Origin: Patescibacteria group bacterium UBA2100
GTDB taxonomy: Bacteria; Patescibacteriota; Minisyncoccia; Phycocordibacterales; UBA2100
Reading direction: 5' to 3'
Length of the DNA: 36,942 bases
NCBI GenBank assembly: GCA_002331185.1
Contig: DCYW01000030.1
Location: forward strand, 1 to 36,942
Shown here one piece after another: positions 36,876 to 36,942 of this stretch. The notes beneath the pieces are model-generated. The model saw only the letters and a program-made list of their open reading frames with translations. It was not told the origin of the DNA and did no database searches. Numbering within the stretch: the stretch's first letter is position 1; every line of letters begins with the position of its first letter. The position numbers were made by a program, and so were the translations under genes.

Positions 36876-36942
36876 TTAATTACGTATTTATTACGGTGTT
36901 AATTCGGGGACGATGAGAGCGACCAATTTTTCTTGAGCTTTG

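Noticed and set aside
36891-36942. Possible 3' end of a minus-strand gene at the window edge (..KAQEKLVALIVPELTP*)
   Set aside because: Only about 16 codons are visible and a second frame is also open, so neither the frame nor the identity can be supported.
1-36942. The many 60-160-aa antisense or out-of-frame ORFs in the track, such as 2211-2687 (-), 5273-5692 (-), 23784-24200 (+) and 31049-31777 (+)
   Set aside because: Each lies entirely within a well-supported conserved gene on the other strand or frame and has a low-complexity or biased composition. They are shadow ORFs.
1-36942. CRISPR arrays, transposases or integrases, and known defence-system genes
   Set aside because: I saw no regularly spaced direct repeats and no recombinase, transposase or recognisable defence domain. 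RmuC, the DEDD exonuclease and the SPFH protein sit in ordinary housekeeping contexts.

Overview
The window is a gene-dense, AT-rich bacterial chromosomal segment made up almost entirely of housekeeping genes. Genes are compact, often 1-50 nt apart or overlapping. Together with an archaeal-type AspRS, a stand-alone GatB/YqeY protein and a sunset-domain protein, this fits a small-genome bacterium such as Patescibacteria/CPR; that placement is inference only. The standard genetic code applies, because TGA is used as a real stop at 12381-12383. Bases 1-18351 carry 16 co-oriented plus-strand genes: dnaK (5'-truncated by the window edge), dnaJ, a plsC-family acyltransferase, an acyl-ACP-reductase-like oxidoreductase, an orphan histidine kinase, trpS, aspS, pepA, scpA, scpB, a D-Ala-D-Ala carboxypeptidase, mraY, ftsW, murG, gltX and an M23 peptidase. 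From 19932 onward orientation is mixed: a PNPOx-like protein, an SPFH/stomatin protein, a DEDD exonuclease, a sunset-domain protein, rpmA, rplI, ctpA, corA, cysS, dnaB, recR, rplU, rmuC, a P-type ATPase, yqeY, an MFS transporter, a peroxiredoxin and miaA. The one region these genes do not explain is a 1.58-kb ORF-poor island at 18352-19931, exactly where gene orientation switches. Its right half reads as several tiny independent transcription units. These are a 40-aa hydrophobic peptide gene with a strong SD, a candidate divergent small RNA of about 70 nt with a strong minus-strand terminator, a perfect 16-bp palindrome, and an 87-aa basic protein behind a near-consensus promoter. The two small ORFs end in related hairpin terminators that differ by compensatory substitutions. 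The left ~690 bp has no convincing ORF, promoter or known RNA signature. I found no CRISPR array, transposase, integrase, tRNA or rRNA.
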